From an uncultured Alphaproteobacteria bacterium (lineage in GTDB: Bacteria; Pseudomonadota; Alphaproteobacteria; Sphingomonadales; Sphingomonadaceae), in the NCBI GenBank assembly GCA_963843855.1, contig CAWJMA010000007.1, positions 185,065 to 249,064 of the forward strand: DNA of 64,000 nt, read 5' to 3'. Positions 1 to 9,390 of the stretch are shown one piece after another (within the stretch, counting starts at the first letter, position 1; each line of letters begins with the position of its first letter). The notes under the pieces were generated by a model that saw only the letters and a list, made by a program, of their open reading frames with translations, was not told the origin of the DNA and did no database searches. The position numbers were made by a program, and so were the translations under genes.

Positions 1-1017
1 GATGAGCGGGATCGAAGGCGCATCACGCATGTCGTCGGTGTTCGGTTTGAAGGTCAGACCGAGCACTGCCACCTTTTTGCCCGAAAGCTCGCCGCCCAGA
101 GCATCGGCAACTCGGTCGGCCATCGCTAACTTGCGGTCATCGTTAACGCTGACAACCGTCGAGATGATCCGTTGCTCCACCCCTACCTCTTCCGCCGTTC
201 GAAGCAGAGCAAGCGTGTCTTTCGGAAAGCAGCTTCCGCCATAACCCGGCCCGGCGTGGAGAAATTTTGCGCCAATCCGATTGTCGAGACCGATGCCGCG
301 CGCCACTTCCTGAACGTTCGCGCCGACAGCTTCGCATAGGTTCGCCATTTCATTGATGAAGCTGATCTTCATGGCAAGGAATGCATTGGCGGCATATTTG
401 GTCAGTTCGGCCGTCCGGCGACTGGTCATCAGGATCGGCGCTTCGTTGAGGAACAAGGGCCGGTAAATTTCCTTCATCACGTCACGGGCAACATCATCCT
501 CTGCGCCCACCACGATCCGGTCCGGAACCTTGAAGTCGCGAATCGCCGCGCCCTCGCGAAGGAATTCTGGGTTCGAGGCTACCGAGCATCCCTCGGGCGC
601 CCCTTCTTCGGCAAGAATTCGGGCGATTTCGTCGCCAGTGCCGACCGGAACGGTCGACTTGGTGACGATGACAACGGGACCAGTCAAGGCGCGCGCGAGT
701 TCGCGAACAGCGGCATAAACATACGAAAGATCGGCATGTCCGTCGCCGCGCCTGCTGGGTGTACCAACGGCGATGAAAATCGCCTCCGCATCCTTGATAC
801 CCGCAGCGAGATCGGTCGTGAACGACAGGCGGCCGCGCTCTACATTTGCCGCGACCAGCGCATCCAATCCGGGTTCCCAGATCGGCATTACGCCATCGCC
901 AATCTTGCCAATTTTGGCGGCGTCCTTGTCGATGCATGTCACATCATGACCGAAATCGGCGAAACAGGCGCCAGACACCAGGCCGACATAGCCGGTTCCG
1001 ATCATCGCCAGACGCAT
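1..1017 (-). CDS. ugd: UDP-glucose 6-dehydrogenase (3' end runs out of the window)
   Basis: Manual translation starts MRLAMIGTGYVGLVSGACFADFGHDVTCIDKD (Rossmann GxGxxG); the same frame reads GLTFKPNTDDMRDAPSIPLI at the window edge. Not in the ORF track because it is open-ended. Confidence 0.95.
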   Translation of the reverse strand, partial: MRLAMIGTGYVGLVSGACFADFGHDVTCIDKDAAKIGKIGDGVMPIWEPGLDALVAANVERGRLSFTTDLAAGIKDAEAIFIAVGTPSRRGDGHADLSYVYAAVRELARALTGPVVIVTKSTVPVGTGDEIARILAEEGAPEGCSVASNPEFLREGAAIRDFKVPDRIVVGAEDDVARDVMKEIYRPLFLNEAPILMTSRRTAELTKYAANAFLAMKISFINEMANLCEAVGANVQEVARGIGLDNRIGAKFLHAGPGYGGSCFPKDTLALLRTAEEVGVEQRIISTVVSVNDDRKLAMADRVADALGGELSGKKVAVLGLTFKPNTDDMRDAPSIPLI

Positions 1018-1130
1018 GACATTTTTCTCCTCAAGGCGCCGTAGTCCGGCCGGGCGGCGGTTTAGCCCCCGCTCCTTACCATGGCCAGCCCGATTGCAGC
1101 TTGGACATTGCGCCTTTAGGGTCACGCACA

Positions 1131-2183
1131 ATGCGTCGCCGTCTCCGAGTGCGTTCATCGCCCCCAGGCCTGCTTCGACGCGGAAGTTCGCTCAGCGTTT
1201 GGGCACAACTCGGCATCCGGCTCGCACTGCTGTTCGGCCTACTTGCCTTCATCCTGACCGTCCATTGGTTCGAGCGGGGATCGTTTCGCGACGATCTGGA
1301 CGGCGAAATGAGCTTTGCCGACGTCATCTATTTTACGATGATCAGCGCGACCACCACGGGATACGGCGATATCGTCCCGGTGACCGAGCGCGCTCGGTTG
1401 TTCGATGCGTTGGTCGTCACGCCGATTCGCATTTTCTTTATCATCATCCTGGCCGGAACGGCCTACACCTTCGTTATCAAACGAACCTGGAACAGGTGGC
1501 TCATGCAGCGACTTCAAAACTCCCTTTCCAATCATGTCGTCGTCGCGGGATACGGGACCAGCGGGGCGGAAGCGGTCGGCGAATTGATAGAACGCGGGGT
1601 CGACCCAGGGCGGATCGTCGTCATCGAAAAGCGGCAGGAGGGAATCGACGCGGCCGAAGCGCTCGGCTGTATCGTGATCTTGGCCGACGCGACACGCGAC
1701 GCGACACTGGAAGCGGTAAGAATTCAGGCGGCCCGTCAGATTGTCGTGTCCGCCGGCCGCGACGATACGTCGATCCTGATCACCCTGACCGCACGCCATC
1801 TGGCGCCCGACGTTCCTATCAGCGTGGTCGTTCGTGCCTGCGACAATGAATTTCCGGCGCGTGCCGCGGGTGCGACGACGGTAATCAATCCCGTCAGTTT
1901 CGCCGGTTTGCTGCTTGCCGGATCGTCGGAGGGTGCCGGGATTGCCGATTATCTGACCGACCTTGCATCTGCCGGCGGCCGCGTCCGCCTTCACGAACGC
2001 ACGATCGAGGCGTTCGAAGTCGGAAAATCCCTCGCGGAGGCTGCGGTCGGTGTTGGCCTTCGAGTCTTGCGTGGCGGCGAGGCGATCGGCTTTTGGGAAA
2101 AAGGTTCGGAAAAGCTGATCGAAGGCGACCGGATCATCGAGGTCATCCCCTCCCACGCCTTTCCCGCAACGCCGTCGGCCTGA
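1131..2183 (+). CDS. Potassium channel family protein (2TM pore plus RCK/TrkA-N domain, MthK-like)
   Basis: Selectivity filter TTTGYGD, two TM helices, then [10 protein letters not shown] Rossmann-like RCK domain. Confidence 0.9.
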   Translation: MRRRLRVRSSPPGLLRRGSSLSVWAQLGIRLALLFGLLAFILTVHWFERGSFRDDLDGEMSFADVIYFTMISATTTGYGDIVPVTERARLFDALVVTPIRIFFIIILAGTAYTFVIKRTWNRWLMQRLQNSLSNHVVVAGYGTSGAEAVGELIERGVDPGRIVVIEKRQEGIDAAEALGCIVILADATRDATLEAVRIQAARQIVVSAGRDDTSILITLTARHLAPDVPISVVVRACDNEFPARAAGATTVINPVSFAGLLLAGSSEGAGIADYLTDLASAGGRVRLHERTIEAFEVGKSLAEAAVGVGLRVLRGGEAIGFWEKGSEKLIEGDRIIEVIPSHAFPATPSA

Positions 2184-2230
2184 ATCAACTCGATTTCGCT
2201 GTGACTTGTCGCTATGGGCGGCGACTTCCC

Positions 2231-3563
2231 ATGGCTACCACCCTCCCCACACCGCCGAAGGTCGGCATGGTTTCGCTTGGCTGCCCCAAGGCGCTGGTCG
2301 ATTCCGAACGCATCCTGACCAAGCTGCGCGCCGATGGCTATCAGATGTCGCCCGACTATGCCGGCGCCGACGTCGTACTGGTCAATACCTGCGGGTTCCT
2401 CGATAGCGCCAAGGAAGAAAGCCTGGAAGCGATCGGCGAGGCGATTGCCGAAAATGGCCGCGTGGTGGTGACAGGGTGCATGGGCAACGAAGCCGAGGTC
2501 ATCCGCGCCCGCTTCCCTCAGGTGCTCGCGATTACCGGGCCGCAACAATATGAGGCGGTCGTCAGTGCCGTTCACGAAGCCGCGCCGCCGATCCCCAACG
2601 CGTTCGTCGACCTGGTCCCCGAAGCGGGCTTGAAGCTGAACTCCGCGCCACTACAGCTATCTGAAGATTTCCGAGGGCTGCAACCACCGCTGCGCCTTTT
2701 GCATCATCCCGTCGATCCGCGGCGACCTGGTCAGCCGCCGCCCCGACGCCATCCTCCGCGAGGCGGAAAAACTTGTCGCAGCGGGGACCAAGGAACTATT
2801 GGTCATCAGCCAGGATACGTCGGCCTATGGCGTCGATATCCGTCACCAGCCGCGCGAATGGAAGGGCAGCGAGGTACGCGCCCACATGACCGACCTTTCC
2901 CGCGAACTGGGCAAGCTCGGCGCGTGGGTGCGGCTGCACTATGTCTATCCCTATCCGCACGTCGACCAGGTCATCCCGTTGATGGCCGAGGGGCTGGTCC
3001 TGCCCTACCTCGACATTCCGTTCCAGCATGCCAGCCCCAAGGTGTTGAAGGCAATGAAGCGCCCGGCCAACGAGGCCAAGGTGCTCGAGCGCCTGCGCAA
3101 TTGGCGCAGTATCGTTCCCGACATTGCCGTGCGCTCCAGCTTCGTGGTCGGCTTTCCCGGCGAGACCGAAGAGGATTTCCAATATCTCCTCGACTGGCTT
3201 GCCGAGGCGCAGCTCGACCGTGTCGGCGCGTTCCGGTTCGAACCGGTCGAGGGCGCGGCCGCCAATGACCTGCCCGGCGCGGTGCCCGACGAGGTCAAGG
3301 AAGAGCGTTACGCCCGGGTGATGGAACTGACCGCACGGATCAGCGCCGAAAAGCTTGCCGCCAAGGTGGGAGCGACCCTCGACGTCCTGATCGACGCCGT
3401 TGATGCAGAGACCGGTGGCGCAACGGGCCGGAGCAAGGCCGACGCACCCGAAATTGATGGCGAAGTACACCTTCGCGATGCCGGACATTTGGCGATGGGC
3501 GACATCGTGCGCGCGACGATCGAAGAAAGCGACGAGCACGACCTGTTCGGGGTGCCTGCGTAA
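2231..3563 (+). CDS. rimO: Ribosomal protein S12 methylthiotransferase RimO; +1 frameshift at about 2640 (probable sequencing error)
   Basis: N-terminal [12 protein letters not shown] and NTCGF motifs. Removing one A from GAACTC (2638-2643) gives [24 protein letters not shown] (radical SAM CxxxCxxC) and joins ORF 2799-3563, which ends in a TRAM domain. Confidence 0.93.
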
Positions 3564-3604
3564 TTGCTGGACAGGGTGGCGCGGTCTGGCCAATCTCCGC
3601 CGCC

Positions 3605-3907
3605 ATGAATCGTTCTTTCCTCGCGCCAACCGCCTTCACCGCCGCTTTCGTGCTTGCCTGCCCGCTTGCAGCCCAGCCGCTGTCCCCGGCGGAACAGGTC
3701 ATCATAGACACGCTCGTCACCGAGACACTAGCGGAAACGAATGTTCCCGCTGCTCCCACCAAAGTCGAACTGCTGCGCCCCCCACGGCTTCGCGGCGGTT
3801 TCGTCAATCGGGTTTTCCGCGTGCGCTTTGCCGACGACAAGACCATGGTCATCAGCACCTACGCCGATCCGGGCGCCAATGGCCGCTGGGAACAATTCAT
3901 CGTGTAA
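3605..3907 (+). CDS. Hypothetical exported protein
   Basis: 100-aa ORF with signal-peptide-like N-terminus (AFTAAFVLACPLAAQ), filling the gap between rimO and the peptidase. Confidence 0.55.
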   Translation: MNRSFLAPTAFTAAFVLACPLAAQPLSPAEQVIIDTLVTETLAETNVPAAPTKVELLRPPRLRGGFVNRVFRVRFADDKTMVISTYADPGANGRWEQFIV

Positions 3908-3924
3908 CCAGACTGAGCGGACCA

Positions 3925-5325
3925 ATGACCGATTTGACCAATTTGCTGAAGCCCGATCGCGGCGAAGTGGCGCGTACGATCCATGTTGTCGATTTGGACA
4001 GCTATGTTGGTTGGGCGAAGGGGCAGTCCCAAGCGCGCCGCGATATGCTTGGCGCGGTCAAATTCGACGGCAAGAGCGTATACCAATTCGCCATCCTGCA
4101 AGGGAAAGCCGGTGAGGAATTCGACGTCGTCACCTGCGTCGGCGACGCGGGGAAGCTTGGCCCTTGGTGCCTTGCAAAGCTGGGGTCTGCACTTCCGGCC
4201 GGAAATTATCGCCTTTCGGGGGCAGATGCTGGTCTGTCGCCGCTCGGATGGATGCTCTCGCAACATCGCTTCGGGCGGTACAAGTCGACCCCTCCGGAAA
4301 ACGGGGCGCCGCGTGTCCTTCTGTCGTCGAATGCGGCCGAGGTCACCCGCCTGACGCGCCTTGCCGAAGCCACGGCGTGGGTTCGCGATCTGGTCGATAC
4401 CCCCGCCGCCGATCTGGGACCCCATGAAATCGAGGATCTCGTTCAGGCGCTGGCCAAGAAACACGATGCTTCAATTGAGGTGACCAGCGGAAGCAAGCTG
4501 ACGACGGATTATCCGATGATCGCCGCCGTCGGCGCAGGCGCAGCGCGCGGTCGCGAACCGCGCTTGGTCGAGCTGACCTGGGGCAAGGAGAGTGACCCGC
4601 GCGTCGCCATCGTCGGCAAGGGCGTCTGCTTTGACAGCGGCGGTTTGAACATCAAGTCCGGCAGCGGAATGCGCCTGATGAAGAAGGACATGGGCGGTGC
4701 TGCCCATGCGGTGGCCTTGGCCCGCCTCATCATGGAGACGCGGCTGCCCGTTCGGCTGCATTTATTGATACCAGCCGTGGAAAACAGCATTTCGGGCAGC
4801 GCCTTCCGTCCGGGTGACGTACTTAACAGCCGCAAGGGCATTACGGTCGAGGTCGACAATACCGATGCCGAAGGCCGACTGGTTCTCGGCGATGCGCTCG
4901 AAAAGGCGGTCGAAAGCGATCCACAATTGCTGATCGATTTTGCGACACTGACCGGGGCTGCCCGCGTCGCATTGGGGCCGGAACTTCCGGCACTCTTCTC
5001 GAATGACGACGACCTTGCCGACGCCATACTGGCGTCCGGTCGGACCGTGAGAGACCCGGTCTGGCGGCTGCCTCTGTGGGACGGCTACGACGACATGCTG
5101 AAGAGCGATCTTGCGGACATGACCAACAGCGGCGATTCGCCGATGGCTGGCGCAATCACGGCGGCCCTGTTTCTGCGGCGGTTCGTCCCTGCCGACACGC
5201 CATGGGTACATCTCGATACTTTTGCCTGGCATCCCAGCGCCAAGCCGGGGCGGCCGAAAGGCGGCGAAGCAATCGGTCTGCGTGCGGTATTCCAATTGCT
5301 CGAGACGCGTTACCCCGTGAAGTAG
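3925..5325 (+). CDS. M17 family leucyl aminopeptidase
   Basis: GKGVCFDSGG, MKKDMGGAA and NTDAEGRL metal-binding motifs; start taken at MTDLTNLL (3925). Confidence 0.93.
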   Translation: MTDLTNLLKPDRGEVARTIHVVDLDSYVGWAKGQSQARRDMLGAVKFDGKSVYQFAILQGKAGEEFDVVTCVGDAGKLGPWCLAKLGSALPAGNYRLSGADAGLSPLGWMLSQHRFGRYKSTPPENGAPRVLLSSNAAEVTRLTRLAEATAWVRDLVDTPAADLGPHEIEDLVQALAKKHDASIEVTSGSKLTTDYPMIAAVGAGAARGREPRLVELTWGKESDPRVAIVGKGVCFDSGGLNIKSGSGMRLMKKDMGGAAHAVALARLIMETRLPVRLHLLIPAVENSISGSAFRPGDVLNSRKGITVEVDNTDAEGRLVLGDALEKAVESDPQLLIDFATLTGAARVALGPELPALFSNDDDLADAILASGRTVRDPVWRLPLWDGYDDMLKSDLADMTNSGDSPMAGAITAALFLRRFVPADTPWVHLDTFAWHPSAKPGRPKGGEAIGLRAVFQLLETRYPVK

Positions 5326-5422
5326 GTCATTCGTCGAAATATCCTCCGCTATCTTTCTGGCGTCGCAACAAAATCCACACTTTTCCGTTGTTGATGCAAA
5401 CGCGACGTTGAGGAGTGATGGA

Positions 5423-5812
5423 ATGACCGACCGGTCTCTCACCGGCTGGATGCGCACATTGATCGATTACGTCCGCTCTGGCGAACCCGATCTGACCAAT
5501 CGCCAGATGGCCTTGTTGATGCTCGTCTACCTGACCCCAGGCCCGCATACCGTGCGTGGCCTAGCTGGCTCGCTTGGCGTGTCCAAACCCGTCATCACTC
5601 GCGCCTTGAATACTCTCGGCACCCTCGGCTATCTGCGTCGCGAACGCGATCAGGACGACCGACGGAACATCTTCGTCGTCCGCACGAAGGATGGGACGGA
5701 CTTTCTTGACGGATTCAAGCGCGCGCTCCGGCGATCCGAAGACGGTGCCCGGCCTGCAAACATCAACGGCACATCAATCGGATCGCGGCGGCCAGCACTC
5801 GCCGGAAGCTGA
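5423..5812 (+). CDS. MarR family transcriptional regulator
   Basis: Winged-helix pattern LGVSKPVITRALNTLGTLGYLRRERDQDDRRN; GAGGAG SD upstream. Confidence 0.88.
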   Translation: MTDRSLTGWMRTLIDYVRSGEPDLTNRQMALLMLVYLTPGPHTVRGLAGSLGVSKPVITRALNTLGTLGYLRRERDQDDRRNIFVVRTKDGTDFLDGFKRALRRSEDGARPANINGTSIGSRRPALAGS

Positions 5813-6116
5813 CGGCGGTTATCCGCTCGCCGGTCCGTCGGATCTACCCGACCCGTCGACCCACGCCTATCGCCAGGACCTCGCAGACATTGCGCTGGCC
5901 GGACGCGTCATCGCTTCCCACTATGCGGAGCCATTGATCCGCCATTTGAAGGCTGAAGGCACTTTTCGTCGTGAAGCATCGGACGATGCAGAGGTTATCG
6001 GCGTTCTTGCGACCGGCACTGCGTTGCGGATGCTGGATAGCAGTCGAGGCTGGGCATGGGGTTACGCACCGGATGGGCGGGTAGGTTATGTCCGTTCCGG
6101 GCTGATTGGGGCTTAA
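5745..6116 (+). CDS. SH3-like domain protein (start uncertain)
   Basis: AYRQDLADIALAGRVIASHYAEP followed by GWAWGY..DGRVGYV, resembling the bacterial SH3 region of alphaproteobacterial NlpC/P60 proteins; no catalytic domain follows. Confidence 0.6.
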   Translation: MPGLQTSTAHQSDRGGQHSPEADGGYPLAGPSDLPDPSTHAYRQDLADIALAGRVIASHYAEPLIRHLKAEGTFRREASDDAEVIGVLATGTALRMLDSSRGWAWGYAPDGRVGYVRSGLIGA

Positions 6117-7087
6117 ATCCCCTTCGCCTTCCGGAAGGCCCGCCATTTCGCGACATTGGCATTATGTTCGGCGAGCGTCTCCGCGAAGACGTGGCCCCCA
6201 CTGCCGTCGGCAACAAAGTATACCGCTTTGGTTTTTTCCGGATTGAGAACGGCGGCGATGCTGGCCCGTCCCGGATTTGCGATTGGCCCCTCCGGAAGGC
6301 CCGTCATCCGATAAGTGTTGTAGCCATTTCGTGCATCGAGCTCCGACCGTAAAATCCGGCGCCCCAGCGGTTTGCCCTTGGTAATCGGATAAATGACCGT
6401 CGGATCGGCATCCAGTTTCATGCCCAGCTTCAACCGATTGCAATAAACGCCAGCAACCATTCGACGTTCGGAGGACTTGCCGGTCTCCTTTTCGACGATT
6501 GAGGCGAGGATGACGGCTTCACGCGGGGTGGAAACCGGGCAGTCGCCTTTCTTCTTCGCCCATTCTTCTTTCAACGCCTTATCCATCGCGGCTGTCATTT
6601 GCCCGATGATGGCGCTGCGCGTTTCGCCTCGTTCATAGGTGTAGCTGTCGGGCAGAACCGAACCCTCGGCGGGCAAGGGAGTGTCACCTTCGGTCTCCTC
6701 CAGCGTCGCCACCCGCTCCATCACCATGATCGATGGCCACCCCTCGGGGATGGTGACGAGGCGCTGGATCGGGCGACCCTTCTGAAGGATGCCCAGGACG
6801 TCTGCATAACTCGACCGCGCCGGGATATTGAACTCACCCGCCTGGATTCCAATGCCACCGCCGAGCAGACGAGCAAGATAATAGAATTTCCATCGTGGCC
6901 CATCGATCGCTTTGGCGTAAAACAGATGGTCTGTGGCGCTTTGCAGCGCAGCACCCTGCGGGATCGTGACGACGACGTCCTTCTTCGACGTCCCTGGCCC
7001 GTACCAGGTCCAGCCCACCAACCCCGCCCCGATCAGGACAAGCACGACGGCAAGGCGTCCGGCCCAGCCTTTGGTGAAACTTTTCAC
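6113..7087 (-). CDS. mltG: Endolytic transglycosylase MltG
   Basis: N-terminal TM, LVTIPEG, ILASIVEKET (catalytic Glu), LDADPTVIY, NTYRMTGLPEGPIANPG; GTGA overlap with the fabF stop. Confidence 0.93.
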   Translation of the reverse strand: MKSFTKGWAGRLAVVLVLIGAGLVGWTWYGPGTSKKDVVVTIPQGAALQSATDHLFYAKAIDGPRWKFYYLARLLGGGIGIQAGEFNIPARSSYADVLGILQKGRPIQRLVTIPEGWPSIMVMERVATLEETEGDTPLPAEGSVLPDSYTYERGETRSAIIGQMTAAMDKALKEEWAKKKGDCPVSTPREAVILASIVEKETGKSSERRMVAGVYCNRLKLGMKLDADPTVIYPITKGKPLGRRILRSELDARNGYNTYRMTGLPEGPIANPGRASIAAVLNPEKTKAVYFVADGSGGHVFAETLAEHNANVAKWRAFRKAKGI

Positions 7088-8340
7088 AAGGCCTTCATGA
7101 CGAGCGAGGCGTTGGTGCCGCCGAACCCGAAACTGTTATTAAGGACAGCGCGAACCTTGCGCTTCTTGGCCGTATGCGGAACCAGGTCGACCCCCTCGGT
7201 CCCCTCGTCGGGATTGTCCAGATTCAGGGTCGGCGGAACGATCTGGTCACGGATAGCCAGGATGCAGAAGATCGCTTCCACCGCCCCTGCGCCGCCCAAA
7301 AGGTGGCCGATTGCCGATTTCGTGGAACTCATCGAAACGGTCGAAATTGCGTCGCCGAACAATCGTTTCACCGCTCCCAATTCGATCGTGTCGGCCATGG
7401 TCGACGTGCCATGCGCGTTGATGTAATCGATGTCGCTCGGCTGCATCCCGGCCTTGGCCAGCGCCATTTCCATCGCGCGATAGGCCCCGAAACCTTCGGG
7501 GTGCGGTGCGGTGACATGATACGCATCGCCCGACATGCCATATCCGACTACCTCGGCATAAATTTTGGCGCCGCGTGCCTTGGCATGCTCATATTCTTCC
7601 AGCACCACAACTCCGGCCCCCTCACCCATGACGAAACCGTCGCGGTCGCGATCATAGGGACGACTGGCCTGCTCCGGACGGTCGTTGAAGCTCATGTTGA
7701 GCGCGCGCGCCTGTGCGAAACCGGCCACCCCAATCGGGCAGATCGTCGCCTCTGCGCCGCCAGCCAACATGATGTCGGCATCGTCGTCGCGGATCATCCG
7801 TGCTGCATCGCCGATCGAGTGGGCACCGGTCGAACAAGCGGTCACGACGGCGTGATTGGGACCCATCAATCCATATTTGATGCTCACCTGCCCCGAAATC
7901 AGGTTGATCAGGCGGCCATGGACGAAATGCGGACTCACCCGGCCGGGGCCCTTTTCCGCCAACAACAAGCTTTCGCTCTCGATGCCGGGCAATCCGCCGA
8001 TCCCCGACCCGATGGAGCAGCCGGCGCGCAACTTGAGCGCCTCGGGCATATCGGACAGCCCGGCATCTTCGATCGCTTGTCCGGCTGCATCGATCCCGAA
8101 GACGATGAACGGGTCGACCTGGCGCTGGACCTTATGGTCGACGCGCTTGTTCGGATCGAAGCCAAATTCATGGTCCGCCGGTTTCACTTCGCATGCGATC
8201 CGGCATTTCTGGTCGCTGGCATCGAACTTGGTGATGGGCCCAGCGCCCGACTTGCTAGCCAGGATATTCGCCCAGGTTGTCTCGACGTCCGCGCCCAGCG
8301 GAGTCACCAATCCCAATCCCGTCACCACGACACGGCGCAT
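7084..8340 (-). CDS. fabF: 3-oxoacyl-ACP synthase II
   Basis: MRRVVVTGLG, TACSTGAH (catalytic Cys), NAHGTST, KSAIGHLLG, NSFGFGGTN. Confidence 0.97.
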   Translation of the reverse strand: MRRVVVTGLGLVTPLGADVETTWANILASKSGAGPITKFDASDQKCRIACEVKPADHEFGFDPNKRVDHKVQRQVDPFIVFGIDAAGQAIEDAGLSDMPEALKLRAGCSIGSGIGGLPGIESESLLLAEKGPGRVSPHFVHGRLINLISGQVSIKYGLMGPNHAVVTACSTGAHSIGDAARMIRDDDADIMLAGGAEATICPIGVAGFAQARALNMSFNDRPEQASRPYDRDRDGFVMGEGAGVVVLEEYEHAKARGAKIYAEVVGYGMSGDAYHVTAPHPEGFGAYRAMEMALAKAGMQPSDIDYINAHGTSTMADTIELGAVKRLFGDAISTVSMSSTKSAIGHLLGGAGAVEAIFCILAIRDQIVPPTLNLDNPDEGTEGVDLVPHTAKKRKVRAVLNNSFGFGGTNASLVMKAL

Positions 8341-8387
8341 ACCTGTCCCCTTTTGCATTACTTTCAACCGCATGTCCTTCAAATGCA

Positions 8388-8418
8388 AACGGCCTCCCGT
8401 TTCTCACGGGAAGCCGTT
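8388..8418 (-). terminator. Hairpin between acpP and fabF (putative partial terminator or stabiliser)
   Basis: AACGGCCTCCCGT-ttctc-ACGGGAAGCCGTT near-perfect 13-bp stem, followed on the minus strand by TGCATTT. Confidence 0.6.
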
Positions 8419-8459
8419 CGTGCCGCCTCAGAAGGCGGGCGGCAGCCGATCGGTCCCGA

Positions 8460-8696
8460 TCAGCCCTTGTTGCTGTCGATGAAGGTAATCGCGTCCTTGA
8501 CGGTCGTGATCTTCTCGGCAGCATCGTCGGGAATCTCGACGCCGAATTCTTCCTCGAACGCCATGACCAGCTCGACGATGTCGAGGCTGTCGGCGCCCAG
8601 ATCGTCGATGAAGCTGGCTTCTTCGGTGACCTTCTCGGCATCGACGCCGAGATGCTCGACGACGATCTTTTTCACGCGATCAGCGGTCTCGCTCAT
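8460..8696 (-). CDS. acpP: Acyl carrier protein
   Basis: [20 protein letters not shown] phosphopantetheine motif. Confidence 0.98.
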   Translation of the reverse strand: MSETADRVKKIVVEHLGVDAEKVTEEASFIDDLGADSLDIVELVMAFEEEFGVEIPDDAAEKITTVKDAITFIDSNKG

Positions 8697-8806
8697 GTGG
8701 ATTTTCCTTCCTGTCTTACTGAATTTGGCTTTGCCCTAGCGGCGTGACGGGCGGGCTGCAAGGGGCCGCTCGACGTGGCGACCAAGCCGCCTTATGGCCG
8801 CACCCC

Positions 8807-9256
8807 ATGTCCGCATCGCGTGCCCTGACATTCGGCGAGGTCGAAATGGCCCGTTCGCTCTTTGGTCAGGCGGTCGATTACGACCGAGTCCGACTTGTGC
8901 GGCGGAGATGGTGGCCGTTCCAGCCGAAGGGAATCGTGATGGCGCCGACCGGCAATATTCACTTCCATCCGGACAGTCCCAGTTGGTCCGACGATTTTGC
9001 GCGCGAAGATATCGCGGCCCAAGGCCTCTTCATGCATGAAATGACCCATGTGTGGCAGGCCCAGACCCGTGGACGATTTTATTTGCCGCTGATGCGCCAC
9101 CCATTCTGCCGCTACCGTTACGATGTTCGCGATGGATGGGCGTTCGATCGCTATGGCCTTGAACAGCAGGCCGAGATCGTCCGTCACGCCTTTTTGGCTA
9201 GCAAGGGGATGCGGTTGGCCCAGAATCCGCCAGCGGACCTGCTTCCTTTCGGCTGA
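8807..9256 (+). CDS. Conserved hypothetical protein with HExxH zinc-peptidase-like motif
   Basis: RALTFGEVEMARSLFG..DYDRVRL, FMHEMTHVWQ and downstream LEQQAEIV. Confidence 0.7.
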   Translation: MSASRALTFGEVEMARSLFGQAVDYDRVRLVRRRWWPFQPKGIVMAPTGNIHFHPDSPSWSDDFAREDIAAQGLFMHEMTHVWQAQTRGRFYLPLMRHPFCRYRYDVRDGWAFDRYGLEQQAEIVRHAFLASKGMRLAQNPPADLLPFG

Positions 9257-9390
9257 TGCACGAGGGCAACAGTGCCGTAACAAATGGCAGATTAATGCCA
9301 ATCTCGCTGGTTTAACGGAAGAGTCGGAGTCAGGCTGCGAACTTCGGCGTGCGGGGGCGTGCGTCGTGAGACAACAGGGAAGGTCGTCCG

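Noticed and set aside
3400-3924. N-terminal extension of the aminopeptidase ORF
   Set aside because: Overlaps rimO and ORF 3605-3907 and reads as low-quality sequence; the M17-like sequence begins at 3925.
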